Source: an uncultured Anaerolineae bacterium
Lineage (GTDB): Bacteria > Chloroflexota > Anaerolineae > VGOG01
NCBI GenBank assembly: GCA_964510205.1
Contig: CAZEBW010000003.1
Coordinates: 13,274-77,273, forward strand
Direction of reading: 5' to 3'
Length of the DNA stretch: 64,000 bases
Shown: positions 56,229 through 64,000 of the stretch, piece by piece
Position numbering within the stretch: position 1 is the first letter of the stretch
How the letters are laid out: every line of letters begins with the position of its first letter
The notes under the pieces: model-generated
The model's input: the letters and a program-made list of their open reading frames with translations, nothing else
Databases searched by the model: none
Told to the model about the DNA's origin: nothing
Program-made: the position numbers and the translations under genes

Positions 56229-57509
56229 TTATGGGCGTCGTTGATCAGCCCCTTCCAGCGCCGTCACTCGCGCTTCCAGAGCGGCGATCTGGGCCGCCTG
56301 CTCCTGCACGAGCTGGTAGAGCCCCTGGATGGCGGCCAGGGCCACGCCGTCGGCATCCAGGGTGCTGATGTGTGTGTCGTCTTGGCCTACGCCGAAGGCG
56401 GCGTAGAAATCCTGGGCCATGGGACCGATGTGGCGGATGGATGGGTCCTGGCTCTGGTAGTTCCAGGTGGTGATGGGGATTTCCGCCAGGCGGGCCAGCA
56501 CCCCTTGTTCATCCACCGTCGCGAAGTGCTCTTTCTGATCGCGGTCGCTCAGATTAGACCAGGAACCAGCTCCGGGGTTCAGGATCACTCCTGCTGTGGG
56601 GTTGCCGCTACCATCAATGGCCGACGCGAATCTTGCCCCTCCTGTCGCACGGACGCTGAACTCGTTATCGGCGGTAGAAGCAAAGTCAAAGTCATTAGAA
56701 TCGCCCCAGACGAAGGCCCCGTCGTGATCGGCCCTGGCTCGCCGGCCGGCGGCGAAGCTGTAGTCGCCGGCGGCGGTGTTTTCGTGGCCGCCGGGCACGG
56801 TGGCCCGTTTGCCGCTGGCGGTGTTGGATATGCCTCCGCTGACGGTGGCGTGTTCGCTGCCGGCGGTGTTGGCGATGCCTCCGCCGACGGTGGCGAAGTT
56901 GGCGTTGCCGGCCACGTTGCCGGCCACGTTATTCGCGCCCCCGCCGATGCTGGCGGCGAAGCCCAGCGCGGCGTTGGTTTCCCCCCCGCCGATGGCGGCG
57001 GCGAAGCCCATAGCGTTGTTGCCTTCCCCCCCGCCGACGGTGGCGAAGTCCGCAGTGACCCCGTTGGTGGCGCTGGCCTGGCCGCCGCCGCCAATCACAG
57101 CGCCTACCACGCCGCCAGCGACGCTATTGCCGCTGTAGCCGCCGATCAGGTTGGGGGTGCTGGCGGTGGGCTCCATTCGCAGCGCACGCGCCCCGTTCAC
57201 TCGCAGCTCCAGGGCCACGTCGTCCGTGGTGCCCAGGTAGTTGGCGCCGGGGGTGGTGTTGGGGTTGCCGGTGAGGCTCCAGTCGTCGCTGGTCCAGGCG
57301 CCGGAGCGCTGCCACTTGCTGGCGACGAGCATGATGTCCACGATGTCTATCATATTGTCGCGATTCACGTCGCAGGTGGGGTCATAGCTGTCGCCGGGGG
57401 CGCAGCCGCCGCTCTCTGAGGCTTGTGGTCCCTGAGCGCCCGTGGCCGTGCTCGAAACGAGAAGCAGCGCCAGACAAAGGGCAATCCCGATAACTTTCAA
57501 TGTTTTCAT
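56229..57509 (-). CDS. Secreted tail-fibre-like protein: signal peptide, a dockerin-like segment, Gly-rich GGG(x)N repeats, and a C-terminal peptidase-S74 intramolecular chaperone (endosialidase-chaperone) domain
   Basis: The C-terminal SDRDQKEHFATVDEQGVLARLAEIPITTWNYQ...HIGPMAQDFYAAFGV...ALAAIQGLYQLVQEQAAQIAALEARVTALE matches the S74/MYRF-type chaperone domain. The N-terminal DVNRDNMIDIVDIMLV is dockerin-like. Confidence 0.65.
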   Translation of the reverse strand: MKTLKVIGIALCLALLLVSSTATGAQGPQASESGGCAPGDSYDPTCDVNRDNMIDIVDIMLVASKWQRSGAWTSDDWSLTGNPNTTPGANYLGTTDDVALELRVNGARALRMEPTASTPNLIGGYSGNSVAGGVVGAVIGGGGQASATNGVTADFATVGGGEGNNAMGFAAAIGGGETNAALGFAASIGGGANNVAGNVAGNANFATVGGGIANTAGSEHATVSGGISNTASGKRATVPGGHENTAAGDYSFAAGRRARADHDGAFVWGDSNDFDFASTADNEFSVRATGGARFASAIDGSGNPTAGVILNPGAGSWSNLSDRDQKEHFATVDEQGVLARLAEIPITTWNYQSQDPSIRHIGPMAQDFYAAFGVGQDDTHISTLDADGVALAAIQGLYQLVQEQAAQIAALEARVTALEGADQRRP

Positions 57510-57675
57510 CGTGTTCTCCTTTTGCCCTCACCCCTCCCTCTGTGGGGGGTAGAGGAGAGGGCCACAAATAAGAAGCCCGTGGTGCTCATGAGCACCGCGG
57601 GCTCGCGATAGAGCGACCACCTTGTCTGTTGCGCAGCTCCGCAGCGGCCGATTGGTGCGCGCTACGCCAGCGGTC

Positions 57676-58983
57676 TTATGGTCTCACCGCGTCACGGTAT
57701 GCGTTGCGGAAACGAGTAAAGGCCAACTTCCACTCGCCGTTGTTGTAGTGCACCATGGCCGCAGCGAACTCGGCCTCGGCGTTGTGGACGTCCTGCCCGG
57801 CTGTGGAGTGCATATCAATGGCGCTCCGCACGATATCGCGGACCATCTCCAGAAGACCGCAGCCGGCGATGACCTCAGGGGCGTACGGATATGTCACCTG
57901 AAGCGTTTCCAGCTCTGTTGACATGCAGACGGATCTCGGCAGGGCAAAAAGCGCGATGGGGGCATCCTCTTTCGAGGCCAGGTTGTCCTCAATGCGTTGC
58001 CGCAGGTTGAGGTTCCGAAAGTGGAAGAGGAACTTGTCCGTTGTATTGAACCTGGTGGTGAGCCCCTTATCGTGCTCGGCGAGGTCGGCGTGGGTGATCC
58101 CTATGTTCTCGTAAGCGGCCCCAAGTTCTGCAGAATCTATCCCTCCGTTGCAGAAACTGAAGCCTTCGTATATAGCTTTAGTTGCGAGGGCGATTCCCTT
58201 GAGAACCCCCCAAGCAATACAGCCAGGCGCGCTTGTCCCATAGCACCCAAATAGAAAAGGCACGACGATCAGCGTCGCCTCACACCCGACGATCTCACCA
58301 ACGAAGGAAGCTACGTCGCCTGCGACTTTCAAGGCGAGAAGCCCAAGCATGACCGGGTTGGAATACCGCTCTTCTGGACATCCCACAGATGTAGGGTAGC
58401 CAGGTTCGGCGAGGTCCCCTGCCGCCTCGTTAATCTGGTCGTGGTCCTGGTGCGTGATACCGGGCGGGGGGGTGGTCACCGGGGTGGGGGTTGGAATGGC
58501 CGCAAGAGAGTCCGGCGGCGGTTGGCCCTGCCCCTCGCCAGGTTCTTTTCCTGGGGTGAGAACCAGAGACTTCAGAACCATGACATTCTGCTTGAAGGGC
58601 TCATAGTTGTCACCAAACGCCTCACGGGCCATATCAAGCTCTTCGTGTGTGAGGCTTTGAATCAACTGCCGGCTCGGCAGTGGGGGAGCCTCCTGACCGC
58701 TTAGCTGCGCATAGTGTTGCGCATAGGGATAGAGCTCCTGGAGTGTGTCCCGCAAGTCGAGGAGAGTCTGGCGGAAATCCTCGGCCTCCTCGGGATCTGG
58801 ACGGCTCTCGGAGCTCGGCCCGTTGACCCATTCAGGGAGATCACCCCAGTCCCCGTCCACTGCGGGCGTGGGAGTTGGGGTTGGCGTCCCCGTGGCCGGC
58901 CCACGATCAGCGGAGGCAGCCGGAGGTATCACTGGAGTAAGAATCAGTACCACGAGTAGAAATACAACGCCCAGCTTGCTCAT
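57676..58983 (-). CDS. Secreted protein of unknown function, paralog 1 of a tandem pair
   Basis: Signal peptide and PT linker. The C-terminal ~200 aa are highly similar to 59168-60556, ending ...GEWKLAFTRFRNAYRDAVRP. The start is at 58983 (GAGGAGG SD). Confidence 0.6.
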   Translation of the reverse strand: MSKLGVVFLLVVLILTPVIPPAASADRGPATGTPTPTPTPAVDGDWGDLPEWVNGPSSESRPDPEEAEDFRQTLLDLRDTLQELYPYAQHYAQLSGQEAPPLPSRQLIQSLTHEELDMAREAFGDNYEPFKQNVMVLKSLVLTPGKEPGEGQGQPPPDSLAAIPTPTPVTTPPPGITHQDHDQINEAAGDLAEPGYPTSVGCPEERYSNPVMLGLLALKVAGDVASFVGEIVGCEATLIVVPFLFGCYGTSAPGCIAWGVLKGIALATKAIYEGFSFCNGGIDSAELGAAYENIGITHADLAEHDKGLTTRFNTTDKFLFHFRNLNLRQRIEDNLASKEDAPIALFALPRSVCMSTELETLQVTYPYAPEVIAGCGLLEMVRDIVRSAIDMHSTAGQDVHNAEAEFAAAMVHYNNGEWKLAFTRFRNAYRDAVRP

Positions 58984-59167
58984 CTTGCATCCTCCTCGCA
59001 CGTCTGTGGTGTGCTAACTTGATAATGCTAAAATCGTTAACTTGAAAGCTCCAAGCAAACGCTAGTCCGCGTTTCGGGCGCTGGACTAGGGCTTCGTCGT
59101 GAGCTGCATGGTGAGCCAGTCGAACCATCAGCCGAACGGTCCAGCGGGAGCAGATGGATGGCTACCG

Positions 59168-60556
59168 CTACGGCCTCACTGCGTCACGGTATGCGTTGCG
59201 GAAACGAGTAAAGGCCAACTTCCACTCGCCATTTTTGTAATGCGCCTCAGCTGCAGCGAACTCGGCCTCGGCGTCGTGGACGCTCTCGCCAGCTATGGTG
59301 GTCATGTCAATGGCAGCCCTTACCGTGTCGCGGACCAGCTCCAGAAGACCGCAGCCGGCGATGACCTCAGGGGCGTACGGATCCGTCGCCTGAAGCGTCT
59401 CCAGCTCTGTTGAGACGCAGACGGATCTCGGCAGTGCCAGGAGTGCATGTGGCTCATCATCTGGTGAGGCCAGGTTGGCCTCGATGTTCAGCCTCAGGTT
59501 CAGGTTGCGGAAGTTGAACAGGAATTTGTCGGTCCAATTGAACCTGGTATGGAGGTTCCCGTCGTGCATGGTCAGGTCAGCGTGAACGATCTTCGTATCC
59601 TCGTAGAGGGCCTGGATGGTAGCGGAGGTGACGTTACCGTTGCAAAAAGCGAAGCCATCATATACCTCTTGAACGGCTAACTGGATGCCGTCGAGAACGC
59701 TTTTCATTACGCACTGGATTGGGTCCTGCAAGTTTAAGCCCGAGACGATAGTTTTCTCCTTACACATCACCGCTAGAACGATTCCTCCCGCCTCCATCCC
59801 CTCAAGAGTGATCATCAAGCTGAACATGACCTCCGCCGGGTATCCCCCTTCAGGGCATCCCACGTCGGTGGGCCATCCAGGTGGGAATAAGTCCCCTGCT
59901 TCCTCGTTTGTTTGTTCGTGGTTCTTGTGCGTGATAGCGGGCGGAGTGGGGGTGCACACCGGGGTGGGGGTGGGGATGCTGGTGAAGGAACTCAGCGATG
60001 GGCCGGGCCCCTGACCCTTCTTACCGCTTCCCTCAGCGGTGGGGCTGGAAGTGGTCGGGAGCTGATCTTTCTCACCGGTTTCCTTTGCCGGGGTGAGGAC
60101 GAGCGACTTCGCACGCTCGACACCAGCCTTGACGACCTGGAAGTCCGTGTCGGAGGCTTTGAACGAACTCTGGATCATGTAAAGCTCTTCATCCGTGCGC
60201 TCTTTAATCTCCCCCCGCGCTTTCTCCAGGGAGGAGTGGGCATTGCTCAACTTCTCAGGACGAAGGGGGGCATTGGCAACGAGTTCATCAAGCTCGTCCA
60301 CGAGATCCAGGAACTCGCGGCGGAAACTCTCCATTTCCTGAGGATCAGGAACCTCGTTGTACCCCAGCCTGTCGAGTATCCCCTGGGGGGTGGGGGGTGG
60401 GGTGACGGTCCAGATCGGGATGGGAGTCACCGTGGCCTTGATCGGGGTGGGAGTCTCTTTTGGCAGACCGCGATCGGCAGAGCCGGATATGGGGATGGCT
60501 GTGGCCAGAACCAGCGCGATCACGATAAACATGAACAAAAAGCGATGCTCTCTCAT
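59168..60556 (-). CDS. Secreted protein of unknown function, paralog 2 of a tandem pair
   Basis: Same conserved C-terminal half. The 3' ~300 nt is ~85-90% identical to paralog 1 at the DNA level. The start is at 60556 (AAGGAGGG SD). Confidence 0.6.
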   Translation of the reverse strand: MREHRFLFMFIVIALVLATAIPISGSADRGLPKETPTPIKATVTPIPIWTVTPPPTPQGILDRLGYNEVPDPQEMESFRREFLDLVDELDELVANAPLRPEKLSNAHSSLEKARGEIKERTDEELYMIQSSFKASDTDFQVVKAGVERAKSLVLTPAKETGEKDQLPTTSSPTAEGSGKKGQGPGPSLSSFTSIPTPTPVCTPTPPAITHKNHEQTNEEAGDLFPPGWPTDVGCPEGGYPAEVMFSLMITLEGMEAGGIVLAVMCKEKTIVSGLNLQDPIQCVMKSVLDGIQLAVQEVYDGFAFCNGNVTSATIQALYEDTKIVHADLTMHDGNLHTRFNWTDKFLFNFRNLNLRLNIEANLASPDDEPHALLALPRSVCVSTELETLQATDPYAPEVIAGCGLLELVRDTVRAAIDMTTIAGESVHDAEAEFAAAEAHYKNGEWKLAFTRFRNAYRDAVRP

Positions 60557-60675
60557 ACTGCGCCCTCCTTGGGGTGCCTCTCGCACGCCGGTGTCGAATC
60601 GTCAACTAGAATCTGGCCTCTGTCGAAAAAAAACAGAGCCCATGCAAGCCAGCAAATTGTAACGTATTTCGCCGC

Positions 60676-60715
60676 TTTTGTCAATTTTGACAAAACTATC
60701 CATATCTGATAGAAT
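60676..60715 (+). promoter_or_regulatory. Sigma-70-like promoter (-35 TTGACA 60687-60692, 17 nt, -10 TAGAAT 60710-60715) overlapped by the perfect palindrome TTTTGTCAA-TT-TTGACAAAA (60676-60695), a candidate operator
   Basis: Hexamers and palindrome were read directly. The site lies in the divergent region between paralog 2 (-) and the Ig-like adhesin gene (+). Confidence 0.45.
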
Positions 60716-60777
60716 AGCACCCGCAACTGGCACCTCGCCACGGCGGTTTCGATGTGCCAAACCGTCCACCGGTGTAT

Positions 60778-60904
60778 CTCTACCTTATATAACGGGTTAC
60801 TCGGCAAAAAGATACGGCCCGAACCTTAAGATTCTCGAGATTGGTCAAAACTCGTCTCGCTAGGCCGTATCTAAAATGCATTTTTTTCGTTATATAGAGT
60901 AGAG
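60778..60904. repeat. Conserved upstream element G, copy 2: a palindromic element (CTCTACCTTATATAACG...CGTTATATAGAGTAGAG, with an inner inverted repeat AAAAGATACGGCC/GGCCGTATCTAAAA)
   Basis: The inverted repeats were read directly. Core similarity to 44143-44219. Confidence 0.55.
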
Positions 60905-61117
60905 TTAGTGCACGACCGGCCGTGACGCCCTGTAGGCCATCGGCGGGCAAGGGGAGGAGTACGTGCCAGCCGACGGACCCGTGAATCTGGGCCAGTTTCA
61001 ATAATCCCAATGGATGGCCAGGAGTTGCGCTCCGAGCCCCTGTTCGGGAGTGCAACTCCCTCACATTGAGGGAATTGTGATCTACCGAATCCATTATGTT
61101 TGCAAGGAGGAACCCCC

Positions 61118-64000
61118 ATGTCCCTAAAACGATTTTCCCAACGTGCTGCGAACCTATTTCCTGCGCCCGCGCGCCATGCCCTGGTGGTGCTGGGCTTTTT
61201 TGTTGCCCTGGCCGCGTTGGCTGGCCTGCTCCTGCTGCTGGGCCCCGGCCCGGCGCCCGTGACCGCCGCGCCTGCCGTGACTGATCGTGCCCCCGACCTC
61301 AGCGATGTCACCCTGGCTATAACGGGCACCCAGACGACAGTAAGCAGAACTAGTGGCCCCAATCCATCCGACTATGGTGTTTCCCTCACCTTCCAAGCAA
61401 CCGTGAAAAGGGTGGACACTGAGGCCACCCTGACATCAGGCACGGTCACCTTCAAGGACAACGGGGTGAATATCAGTGACTGTGTGGGCAAGGGTCTCGG
61501 GTCGGGTCATGCACAATGCAAGACCGACGACCTCACTGGCGGCGAGCATACGATCACAGCGCACTATAGCGGTTTTGGCGACTTCGCCTCGAGCATCGGC
61601 ATGTTATCCCCCAACCAGACGGTGTACAAGGCCAACCCGGGTTTGAATCTGGTATGCCCGGAGAGCCCCAACTATGGTGATGAGGTCGAGTGCGAAGCGA
61701 CGGCCAGTGGGTCACCTACTCCCACGGGCGTTGTCTCCTTCTATGACGGGGACAAGGATATCGGCATGGACGCGCTGGATTCAGACGGGAAGGCGACCGC
61801 GACCACGTCCGCGCTCACCGCCGGCGATCATACGATCAGAGCCATCTACCACGGCGACGACATCTACGAAGCGGATGAGGCCGAAGATAGCCTGACGGTG
61901 GAAAAGGCGATCCCCGACGTGACGGCTAGTGGGCCATCTGTATCGTGCTACGGTGAGTCGGTCGAATTCAAGGCCACTGTCACATCGGACGTGGGGACAC
62001 CCACCGGGAAGGTGGTGTTCACTGGGTGGACGAACCCATTCACGGCGACGTTGTACGCGGGCTCTGAGGAGGTGAGCTTCACCACCATGGAGCCACTCAC
62101 TGCCACCATTATTACTGGAATCACAGTCGAATATAAGGGTGACGACAACTTCCAGAGTGAGACAGCCGTCTGCCCCCACGTTGTGGTGCCGGTCACAACT
62201 ACGACGGAGCTTCAGGATCCCTTGCCCGAAACGGACAGTGGCCAGGATGCCCGCTTCATCATCAGTGTGAAGAGGAATGAGGATTGCCCGGGATCCGGGA
62301 CGCCGAGCGGGAACGTTACCCTATATGATTTACTACCACCAGTAGTCATCACACAGACGACGCTGCCCGAGGGCAAATCGGTAGTGACCATCATCACGGA
62401 TACGCTCACTCCCGGCATGCATTACCTCTATGCCTCGTATTCGGGTGGTCTGCCCAATTTTGTGGACAGTACCTCAACGGGAATCACCCACACGGTGAAC
62501 GGAGCCGGGAGCGAGACGTCCCTTGAATCTTCTGTCAACCCTTCGGCTTGTGGCCAGTCCGTCACCTTTACCGCCACCGTGGAGGCGGCTGGAGCGGGAT
62601 CGGGAACACTGGGGGGGCATGTCACATTCAAGGATGATGGAACAGTGATCTCCGGCTGCGATTCCGTTTCGCTGCCTTCCCCTGCGACTTGCACCACGGA
62701 CGCTCTCTCTGCCGGCGAGCACGAGATCACGGCCGAATACAGCGGCGATAGCAACTTCGAGCCGAGCGAGGACAGCTTGCGCCAAACGGTCAATATCATC
62801 GCCACCACGACGGCGCTCGATGGCCTAGTTTCATCGGCGGTTGGCGACTCCGTTGACTTCACGGCGACAGTATCGGAGACTCTGTCGGGGGATCTTGTCG
62901 ACGAGGGCAATGTCACTTTCTATGATGGCACAACGGAGCTTAGCACAGAGACGCTGGCCGCTGGTAAGGCGACCTGCTCCACATCATTTGGCTCTGCCGG
63001 CCAGCACTTTCTGAAGGCCGTCTACAACGGTACAGAGAGCTTCCAAGGGAGCACCTCACAGCGGCTGAAACACACGGTGGGCGCGGTCGGCACTACGACG
63101 ACGCTGGAGAGTTCGTCGAATCCATCAGACTATGGCGATAACGTCACCTTCACGGCCACTGTGAAAGAGACCGACTCGGGAGATGCGGTCACCAGTGGCA
63201 CGGTCACCTTCAAGGATGGTGCGACGACGCTCGGCAGTGACACGCTGGACGGATCAGGCCAGGCGACGCTCTCGACGTCTGACCTTACCGCCGGCACTCA
63301 TCCCATCCAAGCCGTCTACGGCGGTACGGCCGACTTCGCCGGCAGCGAGTCAATGGTATTGGACCAGGTCGTGAACGAGGCCGATACCACCACCACGATC
63401 ACCTCACACCATCCCGATTCATCGGTTGTGGGGGAGCTCGTGAAAGTGGACTTCACCGTGACGGGCAGCACCCCCACCGGCAACGTGACGGTGACGGTCA
63501 GCGGCGACACAACCAGTTGCACGGGATCCGTCGCAGCGGGCACCTGTACCCTGATCCCCACCACAGCTGGCGCCAAGACACTCACCGCCACCTACGATGG
63601 CGACGATAACTTCAACGGGAGTTCGGATACCGAAGGCCATACGGTGAACAAGGCCGCCACCACCACCACCGTCACGAGTTCCCCCAACCCATCAGTGCTT
63701 GGCCAGAACGTCACTATCACCGCCGACGTGACGGCAGATTCACCGAGCACCGCGACGCCGGACGAAGGCACTGTGGATTTCAGTTACAATGGCACGTCTC
63801 TTGGCTCGGACTCGTTGGCGAATGGCAGCGCCAGCGTCACCACCTCGTCACTGCCGGTGGGTGCGCATACCATCACCGCCGATTACTACGGGGGCGCCAA
63901 CTTCAACGACAGTTCCGACTACTCGACGCACACGGTCAGCGAGACGCCGGCCGATCTGTCGGTGACCAAGACGGACTCGCCTGACCCGGTGAACGTGGGC
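61118..64000 (+). CDS. Ig-like (Big_3-type) repeat adhesin, 5' partial (continues beyond the window); at least nine ~90-aa Ig-like repeats, then the start of a DUF11 domain
   Basis: AAGGAGG SD and a signal peptide. Repeats of the pattern T.TL.SS.NPS..G..VTFTATV......GTVTFKDG...LG...L.G.A...TS.L.AG.H.I.A.Y.G. The frame is open from 61118 to the window end and is not in the ORF track because there is no stop. Confidence 0.7.
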   Translation, partial: MSLKRFSQRAANLFPAPARHALVVLGFFVALAALAGLLLLLGPGPAPVTAAPAVTDRAPDLSDVTLAITGTQTTVSRTSGPNPSDYGVSLTFQATVKRVDTEATLTSGTVTFKDNGVNISDCVGKGLGSGHAQCKTDDLTGGEHTITAHYSGFGDFASSIGMLSPNQTVYKANPGLNLVCPESPNYGDEVECEATASGSPTPTGVVSFYDGDKDIGMDALDSDGKATATTSALTAGDHTIRAIYHGDDIYEADEAEDSLTVEKAIPDVTASGPSVSCYGESVEFKATVTSDVGTPTGKVVFTGWTNPFTATLYAGSEEVSFTTMEPLTATIITGITVEYKGDDNFQSETAVCPHVVVPVTTTTELQDPLPETDSGQDARFIISVKRNEDCPGSGTPSGNVTLYDLLPPVVITQTTLPEGKSVVTIITDTLTPGMHYLYASYSGGLPNFVDSTSTGITHTVNGAGSETSLESSVNPSACGQSVTFTATVEAAGAGSGTLGGHVTFKDDGTVISGCDSVSLPSPATCTTDALSAGEHEITAEYSGDSNFEPSEDSLRQTVNIIATTTALDGLVSSAVGDSVDFTATVSETLSGDLVDEGNVTFYDGTTELSTETLAAGKATCSTSFGSAGQHFLKAVYNGTESFQGSTSQRLKHTVGAVGTTTTLESSSNPSDYGDNVTFTATVKETDSGDAVTSGTVTFKDGATTLGSDTLDGSGQATLSTSDLTAGTHPIQAVYGGTADFAGSESMVLDQVVNEADTTTTITSHHPDSSVVGELVKVDFTVTGSTPTGNVTVTVSGDTTSCTGSVAAGTCTLIPTTAGAKTLTATYDGDDNFNGSSDTEGHTVNKAATTTTVTSSPNPSVLGQNVTITADVTADSPSTATPDEGTVDFSYNGTSLGSDSLANGSASVTTSSLPVGAHTITADYYGGANFNDSSDYSTHTVSETPADLSVTKTDSPDPVNVG

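Overview
This 64-kb window is a high-GC (~60–65%) bacterial chromosomal segment. Pro/Thr-rich linkers, DUF11 and Ig-like giant surface proteins, and GT39/GT-C membrane proteins suggest Chloroflexota (Anaerolineae- or Caldilineae-like), but that assignment is only inference. The left ~32 kb is mostly housekeeping genes in a compact arrangement: two CUT1-type sugar ABC permeases with a lipoprotein GH57 alpha-glucan hydrolase, an MsbA-like ABC exporter, MsrA, GlnRS, lipid genes (plsC, plsY, yegS-like kinase), HAD, aldo-keto reductase, Gfo/Idh/MocA oxidoreductase, sugar-phosphate isomerase, mutS, tungsten-type aldehyde:ferredoxin oxidoreductase, rph, an aminotransferase, purA and an M20 peptidase. 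The middle section (32–44 kb) is a glycosylation/EPS cluster: a WbaP-like priming transferase, two GT4 genes, an AbrB-like regulator, a GT39/ArnT-like GT-C enzyme and a 1239-aa polytopic membrane protein. The right section (44.7–64 kb) is a cluster of giant secreted proteins: a beta-helix protein with a C-terminal dockerin, an NHL-repeat protein, an 1827-aa DUF11 protein, a tail-fibre-like protein with an S74 intramolecular-chaperone domain, two tandem paralogous secreted proteins, and an Ig-like repeat adhesin that runs off the window. The most notable points are: (1) msrA carries an in-frame UGA exactly at the catalytic Cys of the GCFWG motif and has a SECIS-like hairpin just downstream, so it looks like a selenoprotein MsrA; (2) the region is rich in small palindromic repeat elements of several families, and several copies are inserted in-frame inside unrelated protein-coding genes (AOR and M20 peptidase share an identical 30-nt insert; the GT39 ORF carries a ~100-nt TIR element; mutS carries a hairpin insert), much like Rickettsia RPEs; (3) a small PemK/MazF toxin–antitoxin pair plus an orphan alpha-class N6/N4 DNA methyltransferase form an islet that has its own consensus promoter and is bounded by a terminator; (4) the GT4 genes contain short tandem repeats (an 8-bp unit x4, a 21-bp unit x2.5) that are candidate phase- or length-variation sites. 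No rRNA, tRNA, CRISPR array or transposase gene was found.
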